NCBI GenBank assembly: GCA_965225955.1
Contig: CBDDBX010000015.1
Coordinates: 32,923 to 96,922, forward strand
Length of the DNA: 64,000 nt
Reading direction: 5' to 3'
Origin: Candidatus Aminicenantia bacterium
Lineage (GTDB): Bacteria; Acidobacteriota; Aminicenantia; UBA2199
The position numbers and the translations under genes are program-made. The notes beneath the pieces were generated by a model that was not told the DNA's origin, did no database searches, and saw only the letters and a list, made by a program, of their open reading frames with translations. Position 1 is the stretch's first letter, and every line of letters begins with the position of its first letter. This document shows, piece after piece, positions 1 to 9,053 of the stretch.

Positions 1-282
1 GTTGCTTTACAAATTCGAAACGCACTGCTTCCAAATTCAAAGCTAAGGCAACTGTTCGGGATTTCCGAACAATTCAAAACGAGACGCAGTGAGTTATGAA
101 TGTAGCTACTATTCCGTTACTTAAAGGTTTGAAGGAGGGGTATGTATTAGATATGTACAGGTGATGCAAGGATATACGAATCTTGGAACTATTCAGATCT
201 ATACCAGAGTAGCGATAAACAAATTTAAAGACATCCATAGCAAAAACTTATCCGGGAGTTATTTGAATGAAAAATTGTAATT

Positions 283-1023
283 CTAATTTGAGATGACTTC
301 TATCCAAGAATCATCAAATAAAATTGATTCAAGAACTTTATCTTTAGATATTAATGGTGGTTTTTTTATTTTAATAATTAATCTGTCTGAAGGTACATTT
401 TCAATTATTGTGAACTGTGAACCATGAGGTTGCCATGTAAAAATATGGTTATCATTGCTTTTACAATATCCCTGTAGGTTATTACGCTCGTTCCATTGCC
501 ACCAGTAATTTTCAGGGGGATACATTATTGTCTCAAATTCAAAGACAGATAATTCTAGTAAATCATTCGATTTTATAAGGACAATTGTTCTTAGATGCTT
601 GTATTTCTTTCTTATTGCAGCTACTCTTTCATTCCAAATAGCTAGAACTTTTTCTCCTAATTCATCTGGATCACAGTCGCTTACTTTATTATCTCCGAAT
701 GAATACACAGGAGAGTTTCTTCCAGAGATCAATCTTACTTTTGACATTTTGGAGGGGCGATTATTCTTTACTGATTTTGCTCCCCATGCCATTTGTTGAT
801 AAACAATGTCATCAAGTCCAACATTTGAGGGAACCCAATCAGCACCAATTAATCTTGCCACGATTTCTTCCCAATCAGATCCTTCTAAGCGTGGTGTTCC
901 CCTAGTTGAAAGTAAATAAATAATTTCTTTACCTAGATTCAAGCCAAAGTTTTTAGGAAGTTTATTCAAGGGGTATAAGGGAGAATATTTTTCTACAGTT
1001 CTAAGTTTTGGTTGTTTATTCAT
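283..1023 (-). CDS. Putative type II restriction endonuclease, partner of the adjacent C5-methyltransferase
   Basis: 246-aa ORF. Its ATG shares one base with the stop codon of the upstream methyltransferase gene (TAATG junction at 1021-1025 on the minus strand). I recognise no family motif, so the function is assigned by position only. Confidence 0.5.
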   Translation of the reverse strand: MNKQPKLRTVEKYSPLYPLNKLPKNFGLNLGKEIIYLLSTRGTPRLEGSDWEEIVARLIGADWVPSNVGLDDIVYQQMAWGAKSVKNNRPSKMSKVRLISGRNSPVYSFGDNKVSDCDPDELGEKVLAIWNERVAAIRKKYKHLRTIVLIKSNDLLELSVFEFETIMYPPENYWWQWNERNNLQGYCKSNDNHIFTWQPHGSQFTIIENVPSDRLIIKIKKPPLISKDKVLESILFDDSWIEVISN

Positions 1024-2042
1024 TATAAATTCTTGCTTACAGTTTGTGGTTTATATTCAGAGTAAGGCTCATATACGCTATATGATTTTGAAGATAGATT
1101 GTGAAAATTATTTTTGATTGTGCTTATAACATTATTAAGAACTGCTTCAGCTACAGGAACAGGTAAACTATTACCTGCCTGTTTTCTTGTTTGAGTATAA
1201 CTACAGCTTATCTTAAAACTTTCAGGAAATCCTTGTAATCTAAGCATTTCTCTTGAGGTCAATCTTCTTTCACCATTTACAAGTAAATAATTGTATGATG
1301 CTCCCGCTCTTAGTGCACATGAAAACTTATTAGAACTAATATGCCCAGATTTATTTTCATGCCAAATTGTTGTCTCTTTTGTTTGTTTGTGCTTAGCTAA
1401 TCTGTTTTGCCTTATTGTTTCAGAGACAAAATATTTAGGATCAGGATTTTTTTCTAAAATTTGCGAAAGAGGTGTCATTGGCATTTTAACATCAGGCCAA
1501 CAGAAAGTATAGGTGATATTTTTAAACCCGACTATGAATATACGCTCTCTTTTTTGAGGAAGTCCATAATCCATAGCATTAAGAACTCTATAATCAGCAT
1601 TATATCCTACGCTTTTTAGGTGCTTTAAAATTTCATTTATAGTTTTATTTTTATTGTGTGTAGCTAAAGATTTGACATTTTCTAGAACAAAAGCAGAAGG
1701 CTGTTTATCTTTTAGAATCCTTAGTATGTCAAAGAAAAGAGTACCTCTTTCATCTTTGAATCCTTTTCTTTGACCGATGATGCTAAATGGTTGACATGGG
1801 AATCCAGCTAAAAGGATATCGTGGGCAGGTATTTCTGAACTATTTATTTTGGTTATATCACCAAAAGGCTTTTCACTAAAATTCTCATGATAAGCATCTT
1901 GACATTGTTTATCAATATCACTTGAGAAAACACATTCAGTTCTCATAGTATTACTTTTTGCAGCATTTTCTATGGCGTAACGAAAGCCACCTATTCCACA
2001 AAATAAGTCTATATACTTAATGCTATTTTTTTTATTATACAT
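1023..2042 (-). CDS. DNA (cytosine-5)-methyltransferase
   Basis: Canonical C5-MTase motifs are present: I DLFCGIGGF, IV GFPCQPFS, RGTLFFD, VI ENVKSL, VIII QKRERIFIVGF, X GNSLPVPV. The overall layout resembles M.HhaI-class enzymes. The target-recognition domain cannot be assigned by eye. Confidence 0.93.
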   Translation of the reverse strand: MYNKKNSIKYIDLFCGIGGFRYAIENAAKSNTMRTECVFSSDIDKQCQDAYHENFSEKPFGDITKINSSEIPAHDILLAGFPCQPFSIIGQRKGFKDERGTLFFDILRILKDKQPSAFVLENVKSLATHNKNKTINEILKHLKSVGYNADYRVLNAMDYGLPQKRERIFIVGFKNITYTFCWPDVKMPMTPLSQILEKNPDPKYFVSETIRQNRLAKHKQTKETTIWHENKSGHISSNKFSCALRAGASYNYLLVNGERRLTSREMLRLQGFPESFKISCSYTQTRKQAGNSLPVPVAEAVLNNVISTIKNNFHNLSSKSYSVYEPYSEYKPQTVSKNL

Positions 2043-2369
2043 ATAAAAGAGAATATAGCATTTGGTGATATTGATTGCAATAAAACTTTATGTATGCATG
2101 TATTAATTTTAAGTAAGGAGGATGGAACTTTTAATTTGCATAATTTAGTGAAAAAAATAAAACGAAAAATTGGGTAGAAGCATAATTATAAAAGAAAGCT
2201 ATTTGCTAATTAAGTAAAGAAGCAATTCAAAAAGTATAGTGAGGAGTAAATAAAAAAGTATGATTCCACTTAGTACCATTGTTACTTTCTAATATGGGTT
2301 CGTGATTGGAATTTGCTTTCTATTTACTTTTTGATTTATCATTTTCTTTAAGTAATTGGAGGGCGTTTT

Positions 2370-3152
2370 ATGGATGATGTGGACACAAAACGATTTTACA
2401 GAAGCAGTACTTTCTGGTCATTCTTTATAGCAATAACAGGTATAGGTGTTTCACTTTTTCTTTATTTCCTCTCAATTAAAAAGCCGGAGCCGGTTTATAT
2501 AGTTAAAAAAGAGCCTTCTATTATATATGATAAAACTCATGTTGGATCAAGAATATCTTTACAGGTAAATGGGAAGACTGTAGTTAATGAAAATGTTTAT
2601 ATAACAACATTAGTACTTTGGAATAAAGGGCGTAAAACAATCGAAACCTCAGATGTTGGTAGAAAGTTTTATGTTAAAGGAAATGGTAATACGGAAATAC
2701 TTGATATTAAGATTACAAAACAGAAACTTGAAGGTATTGCCGGTTTCAAATTAATAAAATCTGGTAATGCATACCAAATTAACTGGGATCGTTTTGAATC
2801 AGGTTTTGGAGTAGAAATACAAATTGTATATTCTGGAGATGTTAATAGTAAAGTTTTTATAGATGGCTATGTAACCGGCTCATTTGTTAAAGAACTTTCC
2901 AACGAAAAACCATCTGGATACCTTAATTTATTGGTAAAACTGTTCTTAAGTTTATTCCTACTCTTTTGTGGATTAGGTTTAATTAATATCACAGCTTACA
3001 GGAAGATGATATTTAAAGATGAAGGTCACAGGAAATTACTGGGGCGATTACTAAGTGTTCCTGTATTTCTGGCATGTTTAGCTATATTAATTTATATAGT
3101 TGCTCTTTTGTATAATATATATCTCAATGTTTCTTATTACGAACCTTTTTAA
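2370..3152 (+). CDS. Hypothetical membrane protein (N-terminal TM, central soluble domain, C-terminal TM pair)
   Basis: 260-aa ORF with SD GGAGGG upstream. Hydrophobic segments FWSFFIAITGIGVSLFLYFL and LLVKLFLSLFLLFCGLGLI / VPVFLACLAILIYIVALL. No recognisable family. Confidence 0.55.
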   Translation: MDDVDTKRFYRSSTFWSFFIAITGIGVSLFLYFLSIKKPEPVYIVKKEPSIIYDKTHVGSRISLQVNGKTVVNENVYITTLVLWNKGRKTIETSDVGRKFYVKGNGNTEILDIKITKQKLEGIAGFKLIKSGNAYQINWDRFESGFGVEIQIVYSGDVNSKVFIDGYVTGSFVKELSNEKPSGYLNLLVKLFLSLFLLFCGLGLINITAYRKMIFKDEGHRKLLGRLLSVPVFLACLAILIYIVALLYNIYLNVSYYEPF

Positions 3153-3234
3153 TGTGAGTTTAATCTCTTTTTTGGGTTGATGTGGTGTTTCGGGTTATGC
3201 TAAGGTATCATTTTCTTGTTTAAGGAGATTTAAG

Positions 3235-3507
3235 ATGAGTCATGGTCATAAGCATACTAAAGATGTGGTTAACAGGTTAAAGAGAATTAACGGTCATGTT
3301 CTGGGGGTTGTAAAAATGGTTGAGAACCATAAACCCTGTGATGAAGTTCTTCATCAGATCTCTGCTATTAAGGCTGCAATAACAAAGGTTGGTCAGGTGA
3401 TTATGAATGACCATTTTGACGAGTGTATTGTAAGCAAAATCGATGACGAGAAGCTTAAAGAGGATCTGGATCTCTTCAAAAATGCTATAACCAAACTTAA
3501 TGGTTAA
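3235..3507 (+). CDS. csoR: CsoR/RcnR-family metal-sensing transcriptional repressor (orphan copy)
   Basis: 90 aa. Cys35, His60 and Cys64 have the spacing of the CsoR ligand set. The N-terminus is His-rich (MSHGHKH). SD AAGGAG upstream. It is a close paralog of the ORF at 8762. Confidence 0.85.
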   Translation: MSHGHKHTKDVVNRLKRINGHVLGVVKMVENHKPCDEVLHQISAIKAAITKVGQVIMNDHFDECIVSKIDDEKLKEDLDLFKNAITKLNG

Positions 3508-3744
3508 GATAGCTCAGAAGAGTTTAATACGATATCCCGGAGGCACCTTAATTTAGTGTGCATTCGTGGTTCAGATAAGTAATAGGAGCCTCTGTTGTCT
3601 AAGCCGTAAAAATAATTCAAAGGTTCTGCAGTCAATTAATATCCACTAAGTTAATTTTGAGATGATCTCTATTTGATATTAATTCCCTGATTATTTTATA
3701 ATAGAGTCAAATAGTTGCTTCCTGAAGAATCATAAGGAGACGTA

Positions 3745-5193
3745 ATGAGACTCAAAAAAATGCTGGTAGCGGTATCTGTAATCTTTTTGCTGGCAGTTTC
3801 CCTGTCATCAGATATTCTTGATGATATAAAGAAAGGGAAAACTGAAAAGATCATAGGAAAAATAAGAAAAGGAAAACTGGATTTCAATAAGCCTGTTAAA
3901 GGAGCCTATCCTCTGCTCAGGGCGATGATGAGGCGTAATGAGAAGCTTGTTAAGTTCATGCTTGAAAATGGAGCGGACTTAAGTGTCAGAACCGAAAGCG
4001 GGCAGGAAGGGGCACTCCACCTTGCAGCTAAATGGAACAGACCTGAACTAATAAAAACTCTTCTTGAGAAGGGGATGAAGCCTGATGATCAGGACAGAAA
4101 TGGTTATACACCTCTTATGATACTTTGTGAAAAGCGTGCAAAGAGGCAGAATTTCATCTTAAGTATGATGGATACCTATTATAGAACCGGGAAGGTTTCA
4201 AAAGCTGATTTCCAGACTATCTTTACTAAATATGGAGTAGAAAGCGACTCTATTGAAGGCGATGCTTTTGAATCTTTTTTAGGATTAGCCAATCCATCAG
4301 CTTATCAGTTACTGAAAAACGGAGCCAACCCCAATCTTGGAACTAAATATAAGAAACCCATAGATCTGGCGTTTAATAAAGGGAAGAATATACTTCTTGG
4401 TCTTCTGCTTATAGAAAAGGGAGTTGATGTAGAGAAGGCAATGGAGAAAGCTCTGGCTTTTAAGCAGATAGCTCTTGCAGAGAAACTCATAGAGAAAGGC
4501 GCAAAGCCTCCGGCTTTCAGATACTGTATCTCAAAAATTACAGGAATGAAGAGAAACGATGCTCACCTGAAAGATGGGTATCTAGGGTTTCTGAATAAGA
4601 CTATTGAAAAAGGAAATTTAAAAAAGCCGGATCTCTATTTTGCTTACGACAGAGTAAAGGGGTTGTTCTTCTACTCTCCTGTTCTGAGTGCAGATGAGGT
4701 GGGAACTCTCTATCTTCGAATTCTTAAACTCCTTCCTGTTGATATGATTACAAAACAGGAGATAGAACCCCATTTTGACCTGATCCATGAAGTTGACAGG
4801 AACCTTAAAAACAGAGATAAACTATCTTCACTGATGACTATTATTAAGAAGTTACCTGATATGGGATTTGATACAAATCTGGTATATAAAGGCCGTCAGC
4901 GAATGTATATGTATGGCGGTAGTTCCAGAGCTTTTGAAGGATGGACACAGGAGGAACTGGACCTGTTTAAAGGCCGTGGTACTCCTACACTGCATCAGAG
5001 GCTTACTCCTCTGGAGTTTGCTGTTGTTAAAGCACTTCCTCAGGTTGTTGAGATGCTGCTGACTAAATATAAGAAAACGGAAAAGAGTTATAAGATTCTT
5101 ATGCTCCTTGGGAATAAAGGAAAGAATAATCCCTGGAAAATAAAACAGGAAGAGTTTACTGCTATTCTTGAATTACTTAAAAAGCATAAATAG
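3745..5193 (+). CDS. Secreted ankyrin-repeat protein
   Basis: N-terminal signal-like segment MRLKKMLVAVSVIFLLAVSLSS. Ankyrin repeats, e.g. GALHLAAKWNRPELIKTLLEKGMKPDDQDRNGYTPLM. SD AAGGAG. Confidence 0.8.
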   Translation: MRLKKMLVAVSVIFLLAVSLSSDILDDIKKGKTEKIIGKIRKGKLDFNKPVKGAYPLLRAMMRRNEKLVKFMLENGADLSVRTESGQEGALHLAAKWNRPELIKTLLEKGMKPDDQDRNGYTPLMILCEKRAKRQNFILSMMDTYYRTGKVSKADFQTIFTKYGVESDSIEGDAFESFLGLANPSAYQLLKNGANPNLGTKYKKPIDLAFNKGKNILLGLLLIEKGVDVEKAMEKALAFKQIALAEKLIEKGAKPPAFRYCISKITGMKRNDAHLKDGYLGFLNKTIEKGNLKKPDLYFAYDRVKGLFFYSPVLSADEVGTLYLRILKLLPVDMITKQEIEPHFDLIHEVDRNLKNRDKLSSLMTIIKKLPDMGFDTNLVYKGRQRMYMYGGSSRAFEGWTQEELDLFKGRGTPTLHQRLTPLEFAVVKALPQVVEMLLTKYKKTEKSYKILMLLGNKGKNNPWKIKQEEFTAILELLKKHK

Positions 5194-5480
5194 TGAACTG
5201 CAGAAGAAAGAGGTTTTTGTGGAGGTAGAGGAAGTTCTCACTATTTCCCAACAGGGAGGACTTCCAACCGGGTATATTTACCAAAAGCGATAAGAGCCGA
5301 AATTAAAAAGTACTACTTAACCCGGCTCTATTGTACCAGTGTCATAATGAGCAATTGATTAATGACCTGTTAAGAAAATGTTTTGTGTTTTTTACTTCGA
5401 AAACAGAGAACGGAGTTTTGAGGCTATATATTCAACCCTTCCTTCGTTCTTTTTACTTAGTTTTCCCATTGGTGCACAAA

Positions 5481-5927
5481 CTATCTCCTGTATTCGTAGA
5501 ATATTTTTGTTGCTATTTTCCAGCCATCTTCAAATTTGTAAAGAGACAGGTAATCCATGTATTTTGGCTTACCTTTATAGAATACTTTAATTGCCACTGT
5601 TGCAGCATACCCGGTAATATTTATGGATTTAATCTCATATTTAACATCAGTTTCAAGAGGATCGGGTTTCTGTGTCAGTCTTTTAAGCCAGTACTTTGCG
5701 GGGAGTTTGTTGAGTCTTCCACCACGAAGAATTACAATATCGCAGTCTTCATGCCAGTATTTTCTTACTTTGTTAACATCACCTTCTGTAATAATACCCT
5801 CAATATAGCCTGTGATAATAGCTTTTTTGATCTCTTTCTGATCTGTGCTGTCTGCTGTTAATCCTGTAGTTGCCATCAGGAATACCGCTATACCTGCAAT
5901 TAAAAGTCTCATAAAAAATGTTTTCAT
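5481..5927 (-). CDS. Small secreted protein, probably NTF2-like/SnoaL-like fold
   Basis: 148 aa with a signal peptide (MKTFFMRLLIAGIAVFLMATTG) and SD AGGAGG upstream. The sequence pattern (YWHEDCDIV..., ...FEDGWKI) resembles NTF2-like/lumazine-binding-like families. I prefer it over the overlapping plus-strand ORF 5331-5861. Confidence 0.55.
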   Translation of the reverse strand: MKTFFMRLLIAGIAVFLMATTGLTADSTDQKEIKKAIITGYIEGIITEGDVNKVRKYWHEDCDIVILRGGRLNKLPAKYWLKRLTQKPDPLETDVKYEIKSINITGYAATVAIKVFYKGKPKYMDYLSLYKFEDGWKIATKIFYEYRR

Positions 5928-6089
5928 ATCAAACCTCCTAAGTTAAATCGATGATAATTTTTTAGCACTATTCAGGCAGGCTTAAAACCTTACTAAAGTA
6001 GTTATTTATGGAAAACTACTTTAGTTGGGTGCAGAAAAAATGGTTCTTCTGGTTAAAAACTATGTTCTCCGGTGTGATAGAATATTTAC

Positions 6090-7040
6090 ATGAGACATAT
6101 GGCGATTATTCTATTCATGGCAGGGCTGGCTGTTGGAGGGCTGGCAATTTTTGTGGCTCTTCAGGAAAAGGAGCGTTATAAAACGAAACTTGTAAAGCTC
6201 TTTTTCTATTACCTGGTTCTTACAAATATTGCTATGGTGAAGAATCTCTCCTATAACTATTTTATTGCCAACCTTGTTAATGATTCCGCAGCTAAAACTA
6301 TCTGCTGGGTTCTGATAGTATATCGTTTTGCTGCTCTTATACTTCTGTTCTTTGTGTTCAGAGTATTAATAGATCTGATCAGATGTATGAGGGAAGAGGA
6401 ATTCAGTCGTTTCTACAGAAGAACCCTTGCTGCAATCTGGTTAATACTGGCTCTCTGCGCTCTGTTTAATATAGATACTTTTATTGAAGCTATTAATATG
6501 CCTTTTACTCTACTGGTGAATCTGATAGTTAATACCGGAGGCATGCTGCTTGTGGTTTTTGAACTGATTACCGGTCTGGTGATGATCTCCCGCAGAGAGA
6601 GAACTGTGGAGAAGACAGTGCTGATGAGGGTGCATATTGGATTTCTGGGACTTTTTGCTTTAATCATATTTATGCTTCCACTTCAGATGTTTGTGAAATT
6701 TCCTTCTGGCCTCCATCCTGTAATCGGAGGAGCAGGTTTACTGCTTATGAATCTTATACCTTTTCTTAAGTTAAAGAAGTATCTTGGACTTCTTTACAGT
6801 AAAGAAGAGTGCAGGGAGGCGTCTCTTGTGGATGAGATGCTTGGTAAGGGAGAAATTACTGAAAAAGAGGCGGAAGTTATTAAGCTTATCTGTGAAGGTC
6901 TTACAAATCAGGAGATTAGTGATCGTATGTATCTGTCTCTACAGACAATTAAGGATTATAACTACAGAATCTATCGTAAAGTAGGGGTGAAAAACCGGGT
7001 ACAGTTAACCAAAAAGTTTATAGCCTCAGGTGAAAACTGA
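6090..7040 (+). CDS. Membrane-anchored LuxR/GerE-family transcriptional regulator
   Basis: Multi-TM N-terminal region followed by a C-terminal GerE HTH (EAEVIKLICEGLTNQEISDRMYLSLQTIKDYNYRIYRKVGVKNRVQL). Confidence 0.75.
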   Translation: MRHMAIILFMAGLAVGGLAIFVALQEKERYKTKLVKLFFYYLVLTNIAMVKNLSYNYFIANLVNDSAAKTICWVLIVYRFAALILLFFVFRVLIDLIRCMREEEFSRFYRRTLAAIWLILALCALFNIDTFIEAINMPFTLLVNLIVNTGGMLLVVFELITGLVMISRRERTVEKTVLMRVHIGFLGLFALIIFMLPLQMFVKFPSGLHPVIGGAGLLLMNLIPFLKLKKYLGLLYSKEECREASLVDEMLGKGEITEKEAEVIKLICEGLTNQEISDRMYLSLQTIKDYNYRIYRKVGVKNRVQLTKKFIASGEN

Positions 7041-7174
7041 GATTTTCTGGTTATGGAGGGATTTTGTGAAGCTAATATGTTTGTAATATAAGTTTTTCAG
7101 AGGCTCTCTTTTATTTCCTGATTCATGTAAACTATATTTTTCCCACTTCGTTAAATGGTGATCAGGAGAGAATT

Positions 7175-7759
7175 ATGAATCGGAAATTTTCATCTTTTTT
7201 TATTGCAGCAGGTGCTCCTCTTGTTTTCTGGGGGACTCTTTTTATTACTGCTTCAATGAGGGAGAGTTACAGCCATTTTGCAGATTTTGTCAGCTCTCTG
7301 GGAACTATGGGAACAAATACCCAGTACTACTTTACCGCAGGACTTGTATTAACAGGTATTGTAACTTCAGTCATGATTTACCGCTTCAACAGAATATGCA
7401 GAAATAAGAAACTTAACTCTCTACCGGTTCTTCTTATTGCCACTCACGCTTTTTCAGTAATTGGTGCTGGGATTTTCCCTCTTCCTTTAAGATTGCATGG
7501 TCAGATTGGTACAGTTTCTGTGCTCATCCTTTTTGCTCCGGCTTTATGCATCTGGTTGTGGGGTAACAGAGATATCCGGGGACTGAAATCTGTAAATATT
7601 TTAGTAACAGTACTTTTTCTTCATGGATGTCTGATCTTTTTCCCTGATATTATGGAAGGATATACGGGATTGAAACAGAGATTTTTTCACGCAGGATGGA
7701 CTATCTGGTTCTTATGGCTTGGCTGGGTATTCAGTACTGATCTTAAAACAGAGGCCTGA
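7175..7759 (+). CDS. Integral membrane protein (DUF998-like)
   Basis: 194 aa with about six hydrophobic helices and SD AGGAGA. The resemblance to the DUF998 layout is weak. Confidence 0.5.
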   Translation: MNRKFSSFFIAAGAPLVFWGTLFITASMRESYSHFADFVSSLGTMGTNTQYYFTAGLVLTGIVTSVMIYRFNRICRNKKLNSLPVLLIATHAFSVIGAGIFPLPLRLHGQIGTVSVLILFAPALCIWLWGNRDIRGLKSVNILVTVLFLHGCLIFFPDIMEGYTGLKQRFFHAGWTIWFLWLGWVFSTDLKTEA

Positions 7760-7762
7760 AAT

Positions 7763-8446
7763 CTATTTGCCGTATAGCTTCTCTTTACAGCTGTTACAGA
7801 TGCAGTGAGTGAACTGAGCTTCTGAATGTTGTTCAATGTACTCTTCCATAACATGCCACTGCCCCTCATTATCTCTTATTTTGCTACAGGAGCAGCATAC
7901 AGGAACTATTCCCCTCAGCACCTTTAACTCTTTAATGTAATCTTCCAGGCTTCGGTTTACTTCCCCCATGGTATGGTTCATATATACGAGAGCAAGGTTG
8001 TGCTGAATAGAATCCCTGAAATGGTGAAGCAGTTTTGAGTAGCTTTCAGAATAGTGGTTCTCTTTGTTATCCAGTACACAAATTGTTCCGAAAGGTGTCT
8101 TATCGGGAAACATTAATGGAAGTCCCATATATGAGATCATATTTAGTTTAACATCGGGATTGTTCTCCCACTCCTTATCTTTAAGGGCATTGGGGATCAA
8201 CAGCTTTTTTTGAGATTTAACAACTCTTTCACAGTAGAGGCCGGAGTTATTAAATTTCTCCTGATCTCCTTTTGCATAAGGATTGCCTTCAGATTTACTG
8301 GAAACAAAGACCTCGATATTCTGATCCACAACTCTCATTATCAATGCAGAAGGAACTGAAATAAGATCTGCAATTGTATCGATGATGCTTTGCCAGGTCT
8401 GAAGAATTTCATCGGGTATTTTAATCTGATTATCTGTTTTATCCAT
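7763..8446 (-). CDS. GAF-domain protein with a Cys-rich C-terminal tail
   Basis: GAF-like core (SVPSALIMRVVDQNIEVF...GLPLMFPDKTPFGTICVLD). C-terminal tail VPVCCSCSKIRDNEGQWHVMEEYIEQHSEAQFTHCICNSCKEKL. Confidence 0.8.
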   Translation of the reverse strand: MDKTDNQIKIPDEILQTWQSIIDTIADLISVPSALIMRVVDQNIEVFVSSKSEGNPYAKGDQEKFNNSGLYCERVVKSQKKLLIPNALKDKEWENNPDVKLNMISYMGLPLMFPDKTPFGTICVLDNKENHYSESYSKLLHHFRDSIQHNLALVYMNHTMGEVNRSLEDYIKELKVLRGIVPVCCSCSKIRDNEGQWHVMEEYIEQHSEAQFTHCICNSCKEKLYGK

Positions 8447-8531
8447 AAGTACCTCTTAGGGATATTAGCACTTCTGAAATAATAGTTCCACTGAAAATCT
8501 ACATTGAGGTCAGAAAGATACTGTGAAAGCG

Positions 8532-8554
8532 CATCCACCCCCTAGGGGGGGATG
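8532..8554. promoter_or_regulatory. GC-tract palindrome, candidate CsoR-type operator
   Basis: CATCCACCCCCTAGGGGGGGATG is an imperfect inverted repeat of C5/G5+ tracts around TA. It lies in the divergent region between the GAF gene (start 8446) and csoR (start 8762). Confidence 0.4.
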
Positions 8555-8738
8555 TGGTGTGGCGACTGGGAAGATGACTTCTTTTAAAATCATGTGAAGA
8601 TCAGTGAAATCAGAAAAAACTGTTTTATTACTGAATCTCTTTTGTAGAAAGGGCTTTGTTGTAGTGTTTTTATCAGATTAAAAAAAGGACAAATTTTTTT
8701 TTGTTGATTTTTAGTGTTTTTATATGTTATTTTAATCC

Positions 8739-8757
8739 TATCCCGTGGGAGGGGATA
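8739..8757. promoter_or_regulatory. Second, weaker pseudo-palindrome (TATCCC-N7-GGGATA) overlapping the csoR ribosome-binding site
   Basis: TATCCCGTGGGAGGGGATA ends 5 nt upstream of the ATG at 8762. It may simply be the SD region. Confidence 0.25.
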
Positions 8758-8761
8758 TGTG

Positions 8762-9034
8762 ATGAGTCATGGACATAAACACACTAAAGATGTTATTAAC
8801 CGGTTAAAGAGAATCGGTGGGCACGTGCAGGGTGTTGTCAGAATGGTTGAGCAGCATAAATCCTGTGATGAGGTTCTTCATCAGATATCAGCAATAAGAG
8901 CTGCGGTTTCAAAGGTAGGGCAGATAATAATTGATGATCACTTTGAGGAGTGCATCATGGGCAATATTGAGGGAGAAGATCTCAGGAAAGAGATGGGGCT
9001 ATTCAGAAACTCTCTCAGGAAGATCAATTTTTGA
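8762..9034 (+). CDS. csoR: CsoR/RcnR-family metal-sensing repressor, first gene of the efflux operon
   Basis: I moved the start to the ATG at 8762 because MSHGHKHTKDV matches the N-terminus of the paralog at 3235. The same Cys/His/Cys positions are present. A G-rich SD lies directly upstream. Confidence 0.85.
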   Translation: MSHGHKHTKDVINRLKRIGGHVQGVVRMVEQHKSCDEVLHQISAIRAAVSKVGQIIIDDHFEECIMGNIEGEDLRKEMGLFRNSLRKINF

Positions 9035-9053
9035 TACAGGTAGAGGTGTAAAG

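Noticed and set aside
1-99. Possible 3' end of a plus-strand gene entering from the left edge (frame 1 is open to a TGA at 97-99)
   Set aside because: Only 32 codons are visible, with no recognisable motif. It cannot be distinguished from a chance open frame.
5331-5861. Plus-strand 176-aa ORF overlapping the 5481-5927 minus-strand gene
   Set aside because: Its translation is Phe/Cys/Leu-rich with no signal, motif or SD. The minus-strand ORF has an AGGAGG SD, a signal peptide and a plausible globular domain.
8714-9053. Upstream extensions of the csoR (8714) and adaptor (8931) ORFs given in the ORF track
   Set aside because: The csoR paralog at 3235 starts at MSHGHKH, which fixes the start at 8762. 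The 8931 extension would overlap csoR in another frame. The lipoprotein signal and SD support 9054.
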